Assembly: GCA_965649825.1 (NCBI GenBank)
Contig: OZ287701.1
Span: 671,101-735,100 of the forward strand
Length of the DNA: 64,000 nucleotides
Direction of reading: 5' to 3'
Origin: Penicillus capitatus
Taxonomy: Eukaryota > Plantae > Chlorophyta
Below are positions 25,907 to 36,291 of this stretch, piece by piece. Every line of letters begins with the position of its first letter. Position 1 is the first letter of the stretch. Both the position numbers and the translations under genes were made by a program. The notes beneath the pieces were generated by a model, which did no database searches, was not told the origin of the DNA, and worked only from the letters and a program-made list of their open reading frames with translations.

Positions 25907-27516
25907 ATGGAGAAGTTGTTCGAGTGCATTAGGGAAGAAAGTGTCGTTCCCGAAGGATTGTCGAGAGAAACTCTTGTACTTGCTCCGGACGATTTTTACA
26001 GTGTAGTTGAAATGACCTGCTTCACATGGCCGCTGTTCTTCGATGTCAACCTCGACTCCAATCGACTCATCGCAGCGCTGAAAACACTTTTACGCAAATA
26101 CCCTTGTCTCTGTGGAAGACTCTGCCCACACGAAAATCTGCGTTTCGTCATCGAGGTATTCGTAAGAGCCAGTAAAGCCATAGAAAGACGAATCATTTTT
26201 TGGCAGATTTGCCCAGAGAAAGAGGACTGTTGTTGGATTCCGTTTGAGGAACTGAAGTCGGACATGTCGATAGCGACAGCGATTACAAAACATAGCAAGC
26301 TCCAAAGCAGGACAGCAGATTTTCCAGTAGTTCCCGATATTCCTTTCACGATGGACATCATCGACCACGAGAAAATGATCATGTAATGGTCACTCGGAAT
26401 TCTTTTCTAGAGTCATGGAGTTGGTTGTGCAGAGGAGAAGCTCCGATGACGAAGTTTCGCTTGATACACTTTGCTGACGGCTGTTCGTTGACAACTACGA
26501 TTTCTCACGTTTTGGTCGACGCTCAGCGCTGTATCGAAATGGTGGTCGATCTAGGCCGCGCTTACAGAGGCCTAGAAGTTCCGAATCGCAATCACGATCG
26601 CTCTTGTTTGTGGCCGGATCAATTGGCAAAGCATTACACGTTTCTGGGAGAAGAGATTGCTGATCTGCCACGAGCCGCCAGTCAAAACAAAGAAAAGATT
26701 GTCTCCGATCAATATCCCGAAGAAGGCTGCGTACAGGAGGCCCTGTACTTCAGCAAGGTTACACAAATGCGATCTCAAGCTGTTCTTCAATGTGCTGTGT
26801 AGGAGGCCCTGAACAAAATGAAATCCATTGCGAGACCGTTTCTCGCCGAAGGAGAATATCTCTCTGCCAATGACTTGCTATTTGCTTTTGTGCTAATGCT
26901 TAAGTATGAGGTGAGTGGAAGAATAAGCGGCGACGGCTCGTTCGATGTGACAGATACTGTGGCCGCTTGCGCCGCCGAGTGTCTTACAAATGGAATACAT
27001 GTCTTTCCAGAGAATTATGTCGGCAACGGTTCGGTGACGATATCCTTGTCCATACAAGGGCTGGAAATCGAAAGCAGATCTCTGTGTGAAGTCCTTGTCA
27101 CTTTTGCCAGGATGATGCGGAAAGGCATCACAGACTATAGACAGCAACCAGAGCTCCAGGCTCAGGCGTTCTTGAGCACATACTACACCGTTTTTACAGG
27201 AACATTACCTCCGGCGACAGAATCAATGGTGTCCTTCGTGTCTAACGTGTCGCGTACACCGTGGAACGATGTCGATTTTGGCAAAGGACCTCCAAGAATG
27301 GCAAAGCTCATAAACCTATTGCCGTTCACCGGCGTTCAGACAACATTTGGACCTGCTCCTGGAAGAGACAGTGGAGTCCTTGTGTACGTAGTGTTTACTG
27401 ATAGCCAGTACGCCAAGTTCAAGAAATCGAGAGTGGTACAGACAATCGCCCCAGACATGAAGCTCTTCTATTCTGAAATTACGACGGAGGAAGTGGATAC
27501 CATGCTCAAGTCCTGA
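25907..27516 (+). CDS. HXXXD-type (BAHD-like) CoA-dependent acyltransferase, about 3 introns
   Basis: LLRKYPCLCGRL, catalytic HVLVD, SANDLLFA, YVGN and DVDFGKG (DFGWG-like) motifs. Confidence 0.85.
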
Positions 27517-27699
27517 TGCCTCAGGAACGCAGTATCCCTGGCCAACATTTCATTTCTTCTCTCTCGTTGAACGCTATTGAACAATTATTGCTCGTGACGT
27601 GATACAATTGTTTGCAATTCGTGTACCGAATGACACTTCATGTGTGATCCGCGATAAGACGTCATGCATCAAGCTGGCTGTCTTGTCATCATCGAACAT

Positions 27700-28223
27700 T
27701 GTGTGGGAGCAAAAGACGTATCTTCTCGCTGCGTTTGCTCTGCTCGTGCGCCTCGCCATCAGTCTCGGGTCCTATTCGGGTCAGACAGTGACGTGACCCA
27801 ACTGCCCCATCGGAGTTGGTGGGTAGGTGCCGGGATACCTCCCAGATACGGCGACTATGAAGCCCAACGGCACTGGATGGAAATCACGATCAACCTCCCT
27901 GTCGCAGAATGGTAGGCGATGACGCGATGACAACGTCAGAAGTCGCGCATTGGAGGTATCGGAATTCGTCTAACAACGATTTGTCCTACTGGGGACTGGA
28001 CTATCCACCGTTGAGTGGCTATCAAGTAACGGACACCCTTTCTCCCTCTTTGAATCTCTGGAATCATATCACGCAGAGCTGGTTGCACGGCAAAGCGATT
28101 CAGCATTTGCAATACGAGGAGGATACAAACATTCTTGAGTGCATTGACAGAGGGCAGCGTTCTTTTTTATTCGCATCTATGTGGACTGCGAATCTGTTTA
28201 GACCACATCCTCGGATCCGATGA
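27700..28223 (+). pseudogene. ALG6: 5' fragment of ALG6-type dolichyl-P-Glc glucosyltransferase
   Basis: Four exons give [51 protein letters not shown] and SWLHGK. Similarity is then lost and a TGA follows. No in-frame ATG upstream and no room for the remaining roughly 400 aa. Confidence 0.75.
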
Positions 28224-28889
28224 CAATGTCCCAACATTGCCAGGGATTCTGGATCAGTGCATGCAGTTGCCGATCTTTGTGCTTCTAATAATTGCAAGGA
28301 CGCCGTCCGTCATTCGGATGTCCAGACCATATCATAGGATATATCCCCTCGATGCGGTTGGCAGGTCACTCGGATATATCAGCGTGTGGTGTCCTTAAGC
28401 AGGAACGATAATTGCTGATGGCAAATCAGAATCGTCGACCAGACTTCCTCCATCTGAGAGGCTCGTCCCCACTGTGACGTTCGTGAGAGGCTTGTTACGC
28501 ATGAGGTGAAGATGACATGAAGCATGACGCCCATGATGAGAAGCATTGATGAATCTATCTAACGGATCGTTCATCCACAGTGTGGGGACAAGCAAAAGGA
28601 AATGCTGTCCTAAATCATTAATAGAATTTTGCATCATTCAGACAGCGATCGTATCGACAAATGTTGTTAGAGACGACATCACCGTCAGTAGCTCTGTGAC
28701 CTCCGTAGATGCTGCTGCCGTATGATCGGAAACGATCAAGTCTCCAATAAGCAGAAACATGGTGACTGATGTCAAAAGCTCATAAAACAGTTATCTTTTA
28801 ATCCGATCCAACCTCTTTTGAATGTTGTTCCGGCCAGAAACTATCTAAAAGTATAAAAAACCGCCAAACGTCTGCAACGACTTTTCGCA

Positions 28890-29107
28890 TCGTTGATTTG
28901 TTCGATCGCTCATCGATCGATGTCGAATTGTACGATCGGCGCACGTTTTGGCGTCGTCGATTTGTTCGATCGCCCGTCGATCGATTTCTAATCGACTTTG
29001 ATTACGATTCGACGACTACCACGACGGCGGGATTTGATCGATCGATCGATCGATTAGGAAGAACGAATCGTCGATTGGAGATGAATGACGACACGTTTGT
29101 CGAAACG
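28890..29107. repeat. CGATCG-rich island interrupted by the LTR element (continues about 30699-30790)
   Basis: Dense TTCGATCG/GATCGATCGATCGAT runs on both sides of the insertion. Confidence 0.7.
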
Positions 29108-29274
29108 TGTCAGAATGACTAGAGCAGTCACATCGTGACTGCCTAGATTTCCGAGGGTTCTGTCTCCGAGAGGGCACTTACTAAGGGTTTACGTCACCTC
29201 AGGATCCTTACAAATACGGGAACGTGGCCCTGTGGATACCTTGCTCTGTAACACAGTGAAGATTTCCCCTGACA
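29108..29274 (+). repeat. 5' LTR
   Basis: Identical by eye to 30527-30693. Confidence 0.95.
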
Positions 29275-29286
29275 TGGTTTCGGAGC
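29275..29286 (+). promoter_or_regulatory. Primer binding site, tRNA-iMet-like
   Basis: TGGTTTCGGAGC immediately after the LTR; 10/12 match to the plant iMet PBS TGGTATCAGAGC. Confidence 0.75.
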
Positions 29287-29429
29287 TGAGTCTACGCTCC
29301 TTTGTTTGAACTCCGTCTGTGTGACGTTACGCGTTTTGCTGCGTGCTTTACGCGTTTTCCTGTGTGGAACTCGAGACCTGTCTAGACGCGTCTAGGCATA
29401 TCTAGGAATTTCAAGAAGCCTCGACAAGG

Positions 29430-30455
29430 ATGAGTCGAGCACAACCAAGAGAGCAGGGTCAAACAGAAGAGAGAAGGAGTAGCTTATACGGAACGTATCA
29501 ACTGGGTGATTATGGCTTCGTGAATGTCATCACTGAAGCGGGCGAAGACGAAAACTGTTTCCCTAAACTGAGGGGACGCCCGGTGTTGACGCAGCCAGAA
29601 GACGTTGTCGACGATGCGTGGTACTGGTTGGTGGATATGAATAAGATGAAGCGTTTTCTCGAGCGGATTGGCGCATGGGTACGGGAGAGACGTGACCTGC
29701 CGCAGAGGCTACAGGAAGAAAGACAAGCGAGTGATGGACTGCGGCGCGAGTTGACCGCAACAGGTGAAAACCTCACCAATGCACAAAGGGCGTTGCGCGT
29801 GGTTCGCGCGGAAAAGGAAGAATTGCTGAAAAGCCTGCAGGAAGAGCGGCGAATTAACGAGAAACTGCGAAGAGACATCACTGAGGATGTCCACCAGACC
29901 AAACACGAAGTGGACAAGGCCCGCATGGAAGCCTTTTCTCTCCAAGAGAAACTCAAAGAGACAGAAGCGGCCTTCACAGAGGCAAAGAACAATTTCATTT
30001 CGGCCCCTGATTTGGTGTCAAGTTTATGGTCGCTGACCAAAGAAGTAAAGACGGTGCAGAAAGAACTGAAGACGAATTTTGAAAAGACAGCTGAGGTGAT
30101 AGCGACGAGACCAGTTGTTGGACGACAAAGTTTGAGGACGCTGCAACAAATGAAACGGGTGCTGCATGACATTGGACGGTATCCGCAAAGACGGCGAACG
30201 AAGACTGACGTGACAGAAGACGGTTTGCGGAAAGTCAAGCGTGGCAGAATCTGTTATTTCTGCCGGTGCAAAGGACATCTGCTTCAAGATTGTCCGCGGA
30301 CGCGTAATGCGGATACGGCCGAATCAGCAGCCCCAGATACGTCGTATACTCAACTACGAACTGAGGGTTCACCGGAAACGACTGAAGAGACAGCATCAAC
30401 GGGTTGGAACGTCTTTTCGATTTTTAAAAGGACATTTACCTCGGGAATCGACTGA
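29430..30455 (+). CDS. Gag-like protein, 341 aa (coiled coil plus CCHC zinc knuckle)
   Basis: Intronless ORF inside the LTRs. CYFCRCKGHLLQDC fits CX2CX4HX4C, and there is a long heptad-rich central region. Confidence 0.85.
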   Translation: MSRAQPREQGQTEERRSSLYGTYQLGDYGFVNVITEAGEDENCFPKLRGRPVLTQPEDVVDDAWYWLVDMNKMKRFLERIGAWVRERRDLPQRLQEERQASDGLRRELTATGENLTNAQRALRVVRAEKEELLKSLQEERRINEKLRRDITEDVHQTKHEVDKARMEAFSLQEKLKETEAAFTEAKNNFISAPDLVSSLWSLTKEVKTVQKELKTNFEKTAEVIATRPVVGRQSLRTLQQMKRVLHDIGRYPQRRRTKTDVTEDGLRKVKRGRICYFCRCKGHLLQDCPRTRNADTAESAAPDTSYTQLRTEGSPETTEETASTGWNVFSIFKRTFTSGID

Positions 30456-30491
30456 ATTTTTAATTGTCCATTGGTGGGGGGGTTTCCTGTC

Positions 30492-30526
30492 TTCGGAGTT
30501 CCGCGCAGCGGAGATGAATGGGCCCA
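30492..30526 (+). other. tRNA-iMet 5'-half-like sequence in place of a polypurine tract
   Basis: TTCGGAGTTCCGCGCAGCGGAGATGAATGGGCCCA(T) versus plant iMet ATCAGAGTGGCGCAGCGGAAGCGTGGTGGGCCCAT (recalled). It abuts the 3' LTR. Confidence 0.65.
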
Positions 30527-30693
30527 TGTCAGAATGACTAGAGCAGTCACATCGTGACTGCCTAGATTTCCGAGGGTTCTGTCTCCGAGAGGGCACTTAC
30601 TAAGGGTTTACGTCACCTCAGGATCCTTACAAATACGGGAACGTGGCCCTGTGGATACCTTGCTCTGTAACACAGTGAAGATTTCCCCTGACA
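30527..30693 (+). repeat. 3' LTR
   Basis: Identical by eye to 29108-29274. Confidence 0.95.
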
Positions 30694-31132
30694 AAACGCT
30701 ATCACCGTCGATCGTCATCAATCTCACAACCGGACACACACAAAAAATCTCGATCGCATCAAAACACATCGATCTATGCGATCAGAGAGCCCCAAAGTAT
30801 CATGCTGCTTGCGGTTTCATGCGTCAAAAAGCCAGCAAAAGATCACTAATCTCGGTTCAATCGGCAATATTTCTGTAAAGATATAACTGCGGCTAATCTA
30901 TTATCCCTTCTGATTTCCTATTCATGTTACTGTTAGTCTGCGCCACTTGCTATCGTTCTTTGCTTTAATTTGCGCCGATGTCTTCCTTCTCCCTGCTGGT
31001 ACCAGTCTTTGAGTCTTCGTATTACATGTCCGGCGAAGGTTGGACGTCTAACACAACACATATTAGATGTTCCTTTTGCTCCTGATTATGGGTATGCTGT
31101 CGATGGATTCGGATGGCAGATCGTAGTTCGTG

Positions 31133-31445
31133 CGATTTCGATTCAAATTCGCGTGTAGTGTCTAGCCGACCGTATCGTTCGAATAATCGAGGTCGGCCGA
31201 ATCGTGTTTGAAGATATCGAAATGATCGACGTGATGCGATCGGTCCTTGCGGATCGATTCGATGCGGGGTCGATCATAGGGTCAATAGAATACCTCATGC
31301 CTGATGCGAAATCGGTGTTATTGTTTTCTGAAAGCCGATCGATAGGAAAAATTTGTCGAATTCTTTCTTTGATCAATCGCCTTTATCGGACGGACTTCCG
31401 ACTCCGTCCGAACAAATTAGACAAATCGCTGAAGAACCTGAACAG
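31133..31445. repeat. Dispersed repeat copy 2 (homologous to 25355-25660)
   Basis: Collinear shared blocks with copy 1. Confidence 0.8.
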
Positions 31446-32556
31446 TCTTCTGTCGTTTCCCTGTTTTGAGCATTACTAACTCTGCTTCGTGTCCTAAGAA
31501 GTATCAAAGGCGGTAGTGTTGTGAATACCCCGCCTTGTGCGGAGGAAAGAGTCTTGTTAGTTCCACTGTTGGCCACGTCGTTATCCCCACCTCGGTCTTG
31601 TCTTTTTGGCTTTCCTATCGACACTACCTGATTTTGTTTCTTATCGTGTGTCGTCATATCTGCACCACTCGCAGAACATGACGTCTGTAGAATTAAGCGA
31701 GCTCCTGCAGGCAAAGTCTTCGGCGAATCATCTTGTCCATTAATGCATCCTCGTCGTTTTCCAACATTGCCTACAATGCACACTCTCTCTGATTCGAATG
31801 CAAAGGATGTTTGCTACAGGAATTAAAGTTCTAGGCGAAGTCGATAATCGCGATATCTAAATCATTTTGCAGGTGTAACGATTGCATGATGCATCTTCAG
31901 CTATCGACCATCTACGGAAGCGGAAACGTTACTCGCTCCCAACTCTCCTCGACAGCACAGCCAAATTCTTAAAGCGCATCTTTGCGCTGTTTCTCCAAAC
32001 ATTTTCTTGACGACGGCCCATCGAGGTTTAACTAGAGTCTGAATCCGAGCGGTATAAATACACGATCCAACAACGCCTGTCCGAGTTTTAAAAAATCGTG
32101 ACAACGCGCGATAACGAGTTTTTGCCTAACACTGCGACCCAGCCACTGGAATTTCTGCTGCGACCAGTTAGAAATCGTCTGATTTTGTAAGGACACATCT
32201 CATTTGCCGTGCTGCGGATTCATAACGTGTCATCAATCGGCCTAAACAGCGTCACCTGTACGTAAGGGGTTCACGGCTTTGCTTGTCCCCGAGTGACACG
32301 TGTGAAAAGAGCTTAACTGTGAACCCGGCGTCAAGGAGCTGCTAAACCTCTTCCAGTGTAACCGTTTAGCATTACAAAGGCGTTTCAAAAAGGCCTTCTG
32401 CAACAAACATCTCAGACGTTTCACCGTTCTAGATTATTGTCGCGTCATAGAATTCTGCTTCTTTAACACTTCTGTTTATATACTGTCTTAAATTCTCGGT
32501 ATTTTCTCGTGTTTCCCAATCGATTTGCAGCACGGTCGTAATAGCTTCGTTTCACG

Positions 32557-34747
32557 ATGCGTTGGTTTTCTTGGGGACGTTCTGGAAAAGACGCAGAGAA
32601 AGATGATTATATGGACATCGACTATAGGAAACGGCTTTTGGTGCAATCCCGCGGGATGGGCTACATCGACTCCTCTGACCTATCCGACCTCGAAAGCCCG
32701 TTCGGGGCGCCGAGCTCACCATTCTCTCAGATTCTTCAATCCAACGACGACAACGTCTGCGAAGAGATCTTGTGCGTCGATTCCGTCTCAGACACGACCA
32801 TCATCATCAACCGCTGTCCAGGAATCTCGTTCGTGATGGGTCTGGTATCCAAGATCTCGTCGACGCATATCCAGAGGATGTCATTTCCGTGCTGAAGCAC
32901 CATGCTGTTAACAAACTCGGAACCTTTCAAGCCACAGTATCCCCAAAGCTGACACTTTGGCAGCTGGTTGACGGGACTCGAATGATAGGATTCGGAAGTG
33001 CTGAGGGCCTTTGGACAGAACTCCATGCTGACGCGCGGGTGTCAGACATTGCAAGACGAAAATTGGAAAGAGAACTGGATGGAACGCATCAAAACCAGAG
33101 CCAACACAACCACACGATTCGTCTCTGGTACAACGCCGTCACACTCTCACTCTTTCTTGATGCATTCGATGCAGTCGGATGGGAAGAAATGGTTTCATTG
33201 GGCGCCTACGCCGTGAACATCAAGAATGTTGCTGCCCGTGACCGCGGAGCTTTGTTACAGCTTCTTCTCATGAAGCACTACTCGGGGGCGGCGTCTAAGA
33301 AAATCTGGGAATTCCCGGCCGTCAGAGCTGTGATCAACTACCACTGGGAACATTGGGCGAAGCGCTTTCTCATCGCCTCTGCGATTCTCTTTCTCGGATG
33401 GCTCGCGTCTTTCGCGATCTATCTCGTCATCTACATAGTACCTCCCTTTTGCCTTAGATATATGGTTCATGTCGATCTCTGTCTTGCAGCAATCGGATAT
33501 TGATGACGACGGAATTGGAAAAAAAGGGTCAATGGCCCGCGTGGTTACCTATATTGTCAACATCTTGGCTTTTGTCTTCATGTGTCCTTTTGCGTTAATG
33601 GAATACTGGACCATCATTGAACAAAGATGGAGATGGATACAGGCCCGCAATGTCTTAGACATTTGCGCCATCGCCTTACAGATTTTCATATTCGCGTGCC
33701 ACATGCTGCAATGGCAAATTCATAAAGAGTGGTTCAGCACCGTCTTAGCATTCCAATGCGTCTTCCTGTTCTCGAAACTGCAGAATTTTGGACGGTACGC
33801 ACAGCAAGTCTCTTCGGCCGCCAATACTCGGAGCGTTCTTAGAGCTCTGGGTACTGGCGCATCGATCTCTGAGATATTCATCTCGGTCATCTACGATGTG
33901 CGCTACTTGCTGATTTACATTTTCTTCACCGGCATCTCAGCGTCTCTGTGCTTGGGTGCCATCTACAAATACGATGAGGTAGAACTCCCACTATCCATTC
34001 ATTTTTCCTCTTAGCAATAACGCACGATGTTGTCTGCAGAAATTCCGAGACGAGAGTCGGAACATTGGGTTGAGCGAGCACTTCGACGATTTCGAACATT
34101 TATTGGTGACAACCTTTCAGATCATTTTCGGGAGTTTCGACTCGAACTACATCTTCAAAGCGAAACATCCATGGATCAAAATCGTCTTCTTCTTCGGATT
34201 TCAAGTCCTTATGACCATCACCGTCCTCAACCTGCTCATCGCTGTCATGACGGAGTCTTATTCAAAAGTATGAAATTCTTCTCGTACGAGACATGACATG
34301 AGAATGTGGCACTCAGTTTGCAGCGGAACAACGCATTCGTTACAATCGTGGTCGAGCAAGTGTCATCGACGAATTGGACGTCCTTAGAATCTCTTCCTTC
34401 TTCGCTGACGAACTGCAACCCTATATACACTTCCTGGTCATCGAGAAGAAGACGAGGTGTGATCCATCAGCAACCACACCTAGCGGATCCCGTCTCTCGA
34501 TGCGCAGATCGACGAGTAACCGACCGAGCGCGCGTCCAAGTTTACAACCAAATGAATTTGCTTTTCCGGTACCCGAGACCAATGACGATCTGCGCAAGAA
34601 AATTGACGAACTCAGCGCTCAAGTGAACGTGAGATCATTCCTGTCCTGCTTTCTGCTGTTGCTGATCGACTTTCTTTGCAGACACTGGTTCAATTGATGC
34701 AGAACCAGAACACACAGAGATCTCTCAAAGAGATCTCACAGAAATGA
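32557..34747 (+). CDS. TRP-like six-TM cation channel, multi-exon
   Basis: Pre-S1 AVRAVINYHW, hydrophobic S1-S5, pore TTFQIIFGSFD, S6 LNLLIAVMTESY and a C-terminal coiled coil. TGA at 34745-34747 after splicing. Confidence 0.8.
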
Positions 34748-35081
34748 GCGAACACGTGCGACTGTTCCTCTCGGTCGGCCATTCTTCCGTCCCGTGCCGA
34801 TAATTTTTTCTTACCCCTCCCCCTTAAACAACATTTCCTCTTTTAGCGATCTCTGCCTGATGCACCATCGTGCAACCGTAATCTCGGGAACAGTGTTTCC
34901 GACGAGCTGATTTCATTGCTGCGCTGAACTTTTTTTACCACGGAATTGGCCAGAGAAGGGGATTCTTCGTTACACAGCCTTCTGCATTGGAAACGGGAAC
35001 GATGACCGGACAGCTTAATGTAAAAGTGTCGGATTTTGTACTTTAAATGTAAAGAATTTCGTAGATCGATGATACTTGCCG

Positions 35082-36291
35082 ATGACGAAGCAACAGTCGA
35101 GCAGTTCCTCCGGCCTCGAGTTTCGCTTGCATCCCGTTGAGTGCCGCTCCCGATGCGACGAATCGCGTAAATGCCATGTCCGTAGTTGGTGTTGATCAAT
35201 GTGAGTGACCACCACACGCGAATGCGATGTAACTCCCGGGATGCCGCGACGACGGTGATGGGATGTCTCTTGGGTCTCCAAACGGGACGCGTTGTCGATA
35301 TCAGCAATTCTTTCGAAGTGGTGCGCCACGCAGACGACATCGATTGGCAGTTCACCGAAACCCGCCTCGAACAATGTCACTCCCATCTTTTTGTCTTATC
35401 GTCCCATTGTGACACGCATGTCGTAGACAAGACGGTGTTCCCCGATCTCGATATCATTGGATGGTACTGCGTCGGTGAGACGGAGCTCTGCGAGCAACAC
35501 ATGGCGATTCAACGCAAGGCATCCACAGTGTTACGTGTGGTACATCGTAACAGTGCCGTCTAGATGATGGAGATGAATGAGAGTCCCGTATTCTTGATGA
35601 TGCATCCAACGATCGATCCAATGCAGAAAGATCTTCCTGTCTTTCTCTATGAAACGGAAGTGCATTTGATCGACGATATTCCGTCGTTCATCTTTGTCCG
35701 TGCCGCGTACTCCATTGCGGTAAGTGAATGCCCTTTCTCATATTTCCAGACAGCTCGTTGCTAAGAATCGCATACTAGACTGAAGATGCCGAACGTGTGG
35801 GTGTCAATCAAGTGGCGAAGAGTTCCACCGCAGACGGCGACAAAGGCACCGGTCAATGTACCATCGGATCACGCATCAGAAGAGCCGTGTTCATATGAAG
35901 CGGCTGCTGTTTCTAGTCATCTCACATCTTGGGGGACTTTATTCGGCCGTTAAGATGCTCAAGGACCGCCTGGCCATACTCTTCGCTCTCATGGACAAGA
36001 TGGAGTCGGGTGAGTTCCATCAAAGGGTGGGGCGATGTCGGGTGATGTTCGGTTTCAGGAGAGGTGGAAATGGATCACGGGTTGATGCGTGAGATTTCAG
36101 GCTTAGCTCAGAAGGTGCCACTCGTGGACGACGCCTCCTTTCAGGAGAGCTTTACACGCGAGTACGACGATGCATTGTTGACGATTCATCTGGCATCAGT
36201 GACGAAGGGTGTCTACGCTGCGAATACAATTCTCGAGAAGAGCCAGTACTTAATGGAACGCCCACGGAAGAAGCTCCTGTCGATGAGCTGA
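35082..36291 (+). CDS. CSN6: COP9 signalosome subunit 6 (MPN- domain), multi-exon
   Basis: Spliced SSGLEFRLHPLVLINVSDH, VMGCLLGLQTGRVVDISNSFE, VFPDLDIIGWY and ESPVFLMMHP; C-terminal FTREYDDALLTIHLASVTKG. Confidence 0.9.

Larger units (their letters stand above)
29108..30693 (+). mobile_element. Complete non-autonomous gag-only LTR retrotransposon (TR-GAG-like), 1586 bp
   Basis: Two identical 167-bp LTRs with TGTCAG...CTGACA termini, 5-bp TSD AAACG (29103-29107 and 30694-30698), PBS after the 5' LTR, one CCHC-bearing ORF and no pol. Confidence 0.95.

Noticed and set aside
29510-30238. 242-aa antisense ORF inside the LTR element
   Set aside because: It is the reverse-strand shadow of the gag-like ORF; Ser/Leu/Phe-rich, with no motifs.
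30492-30530. Intact tRNA gene
   Set aside because: Only the 5' half is present, with no T-arm or 3' acceptor strand downstream.
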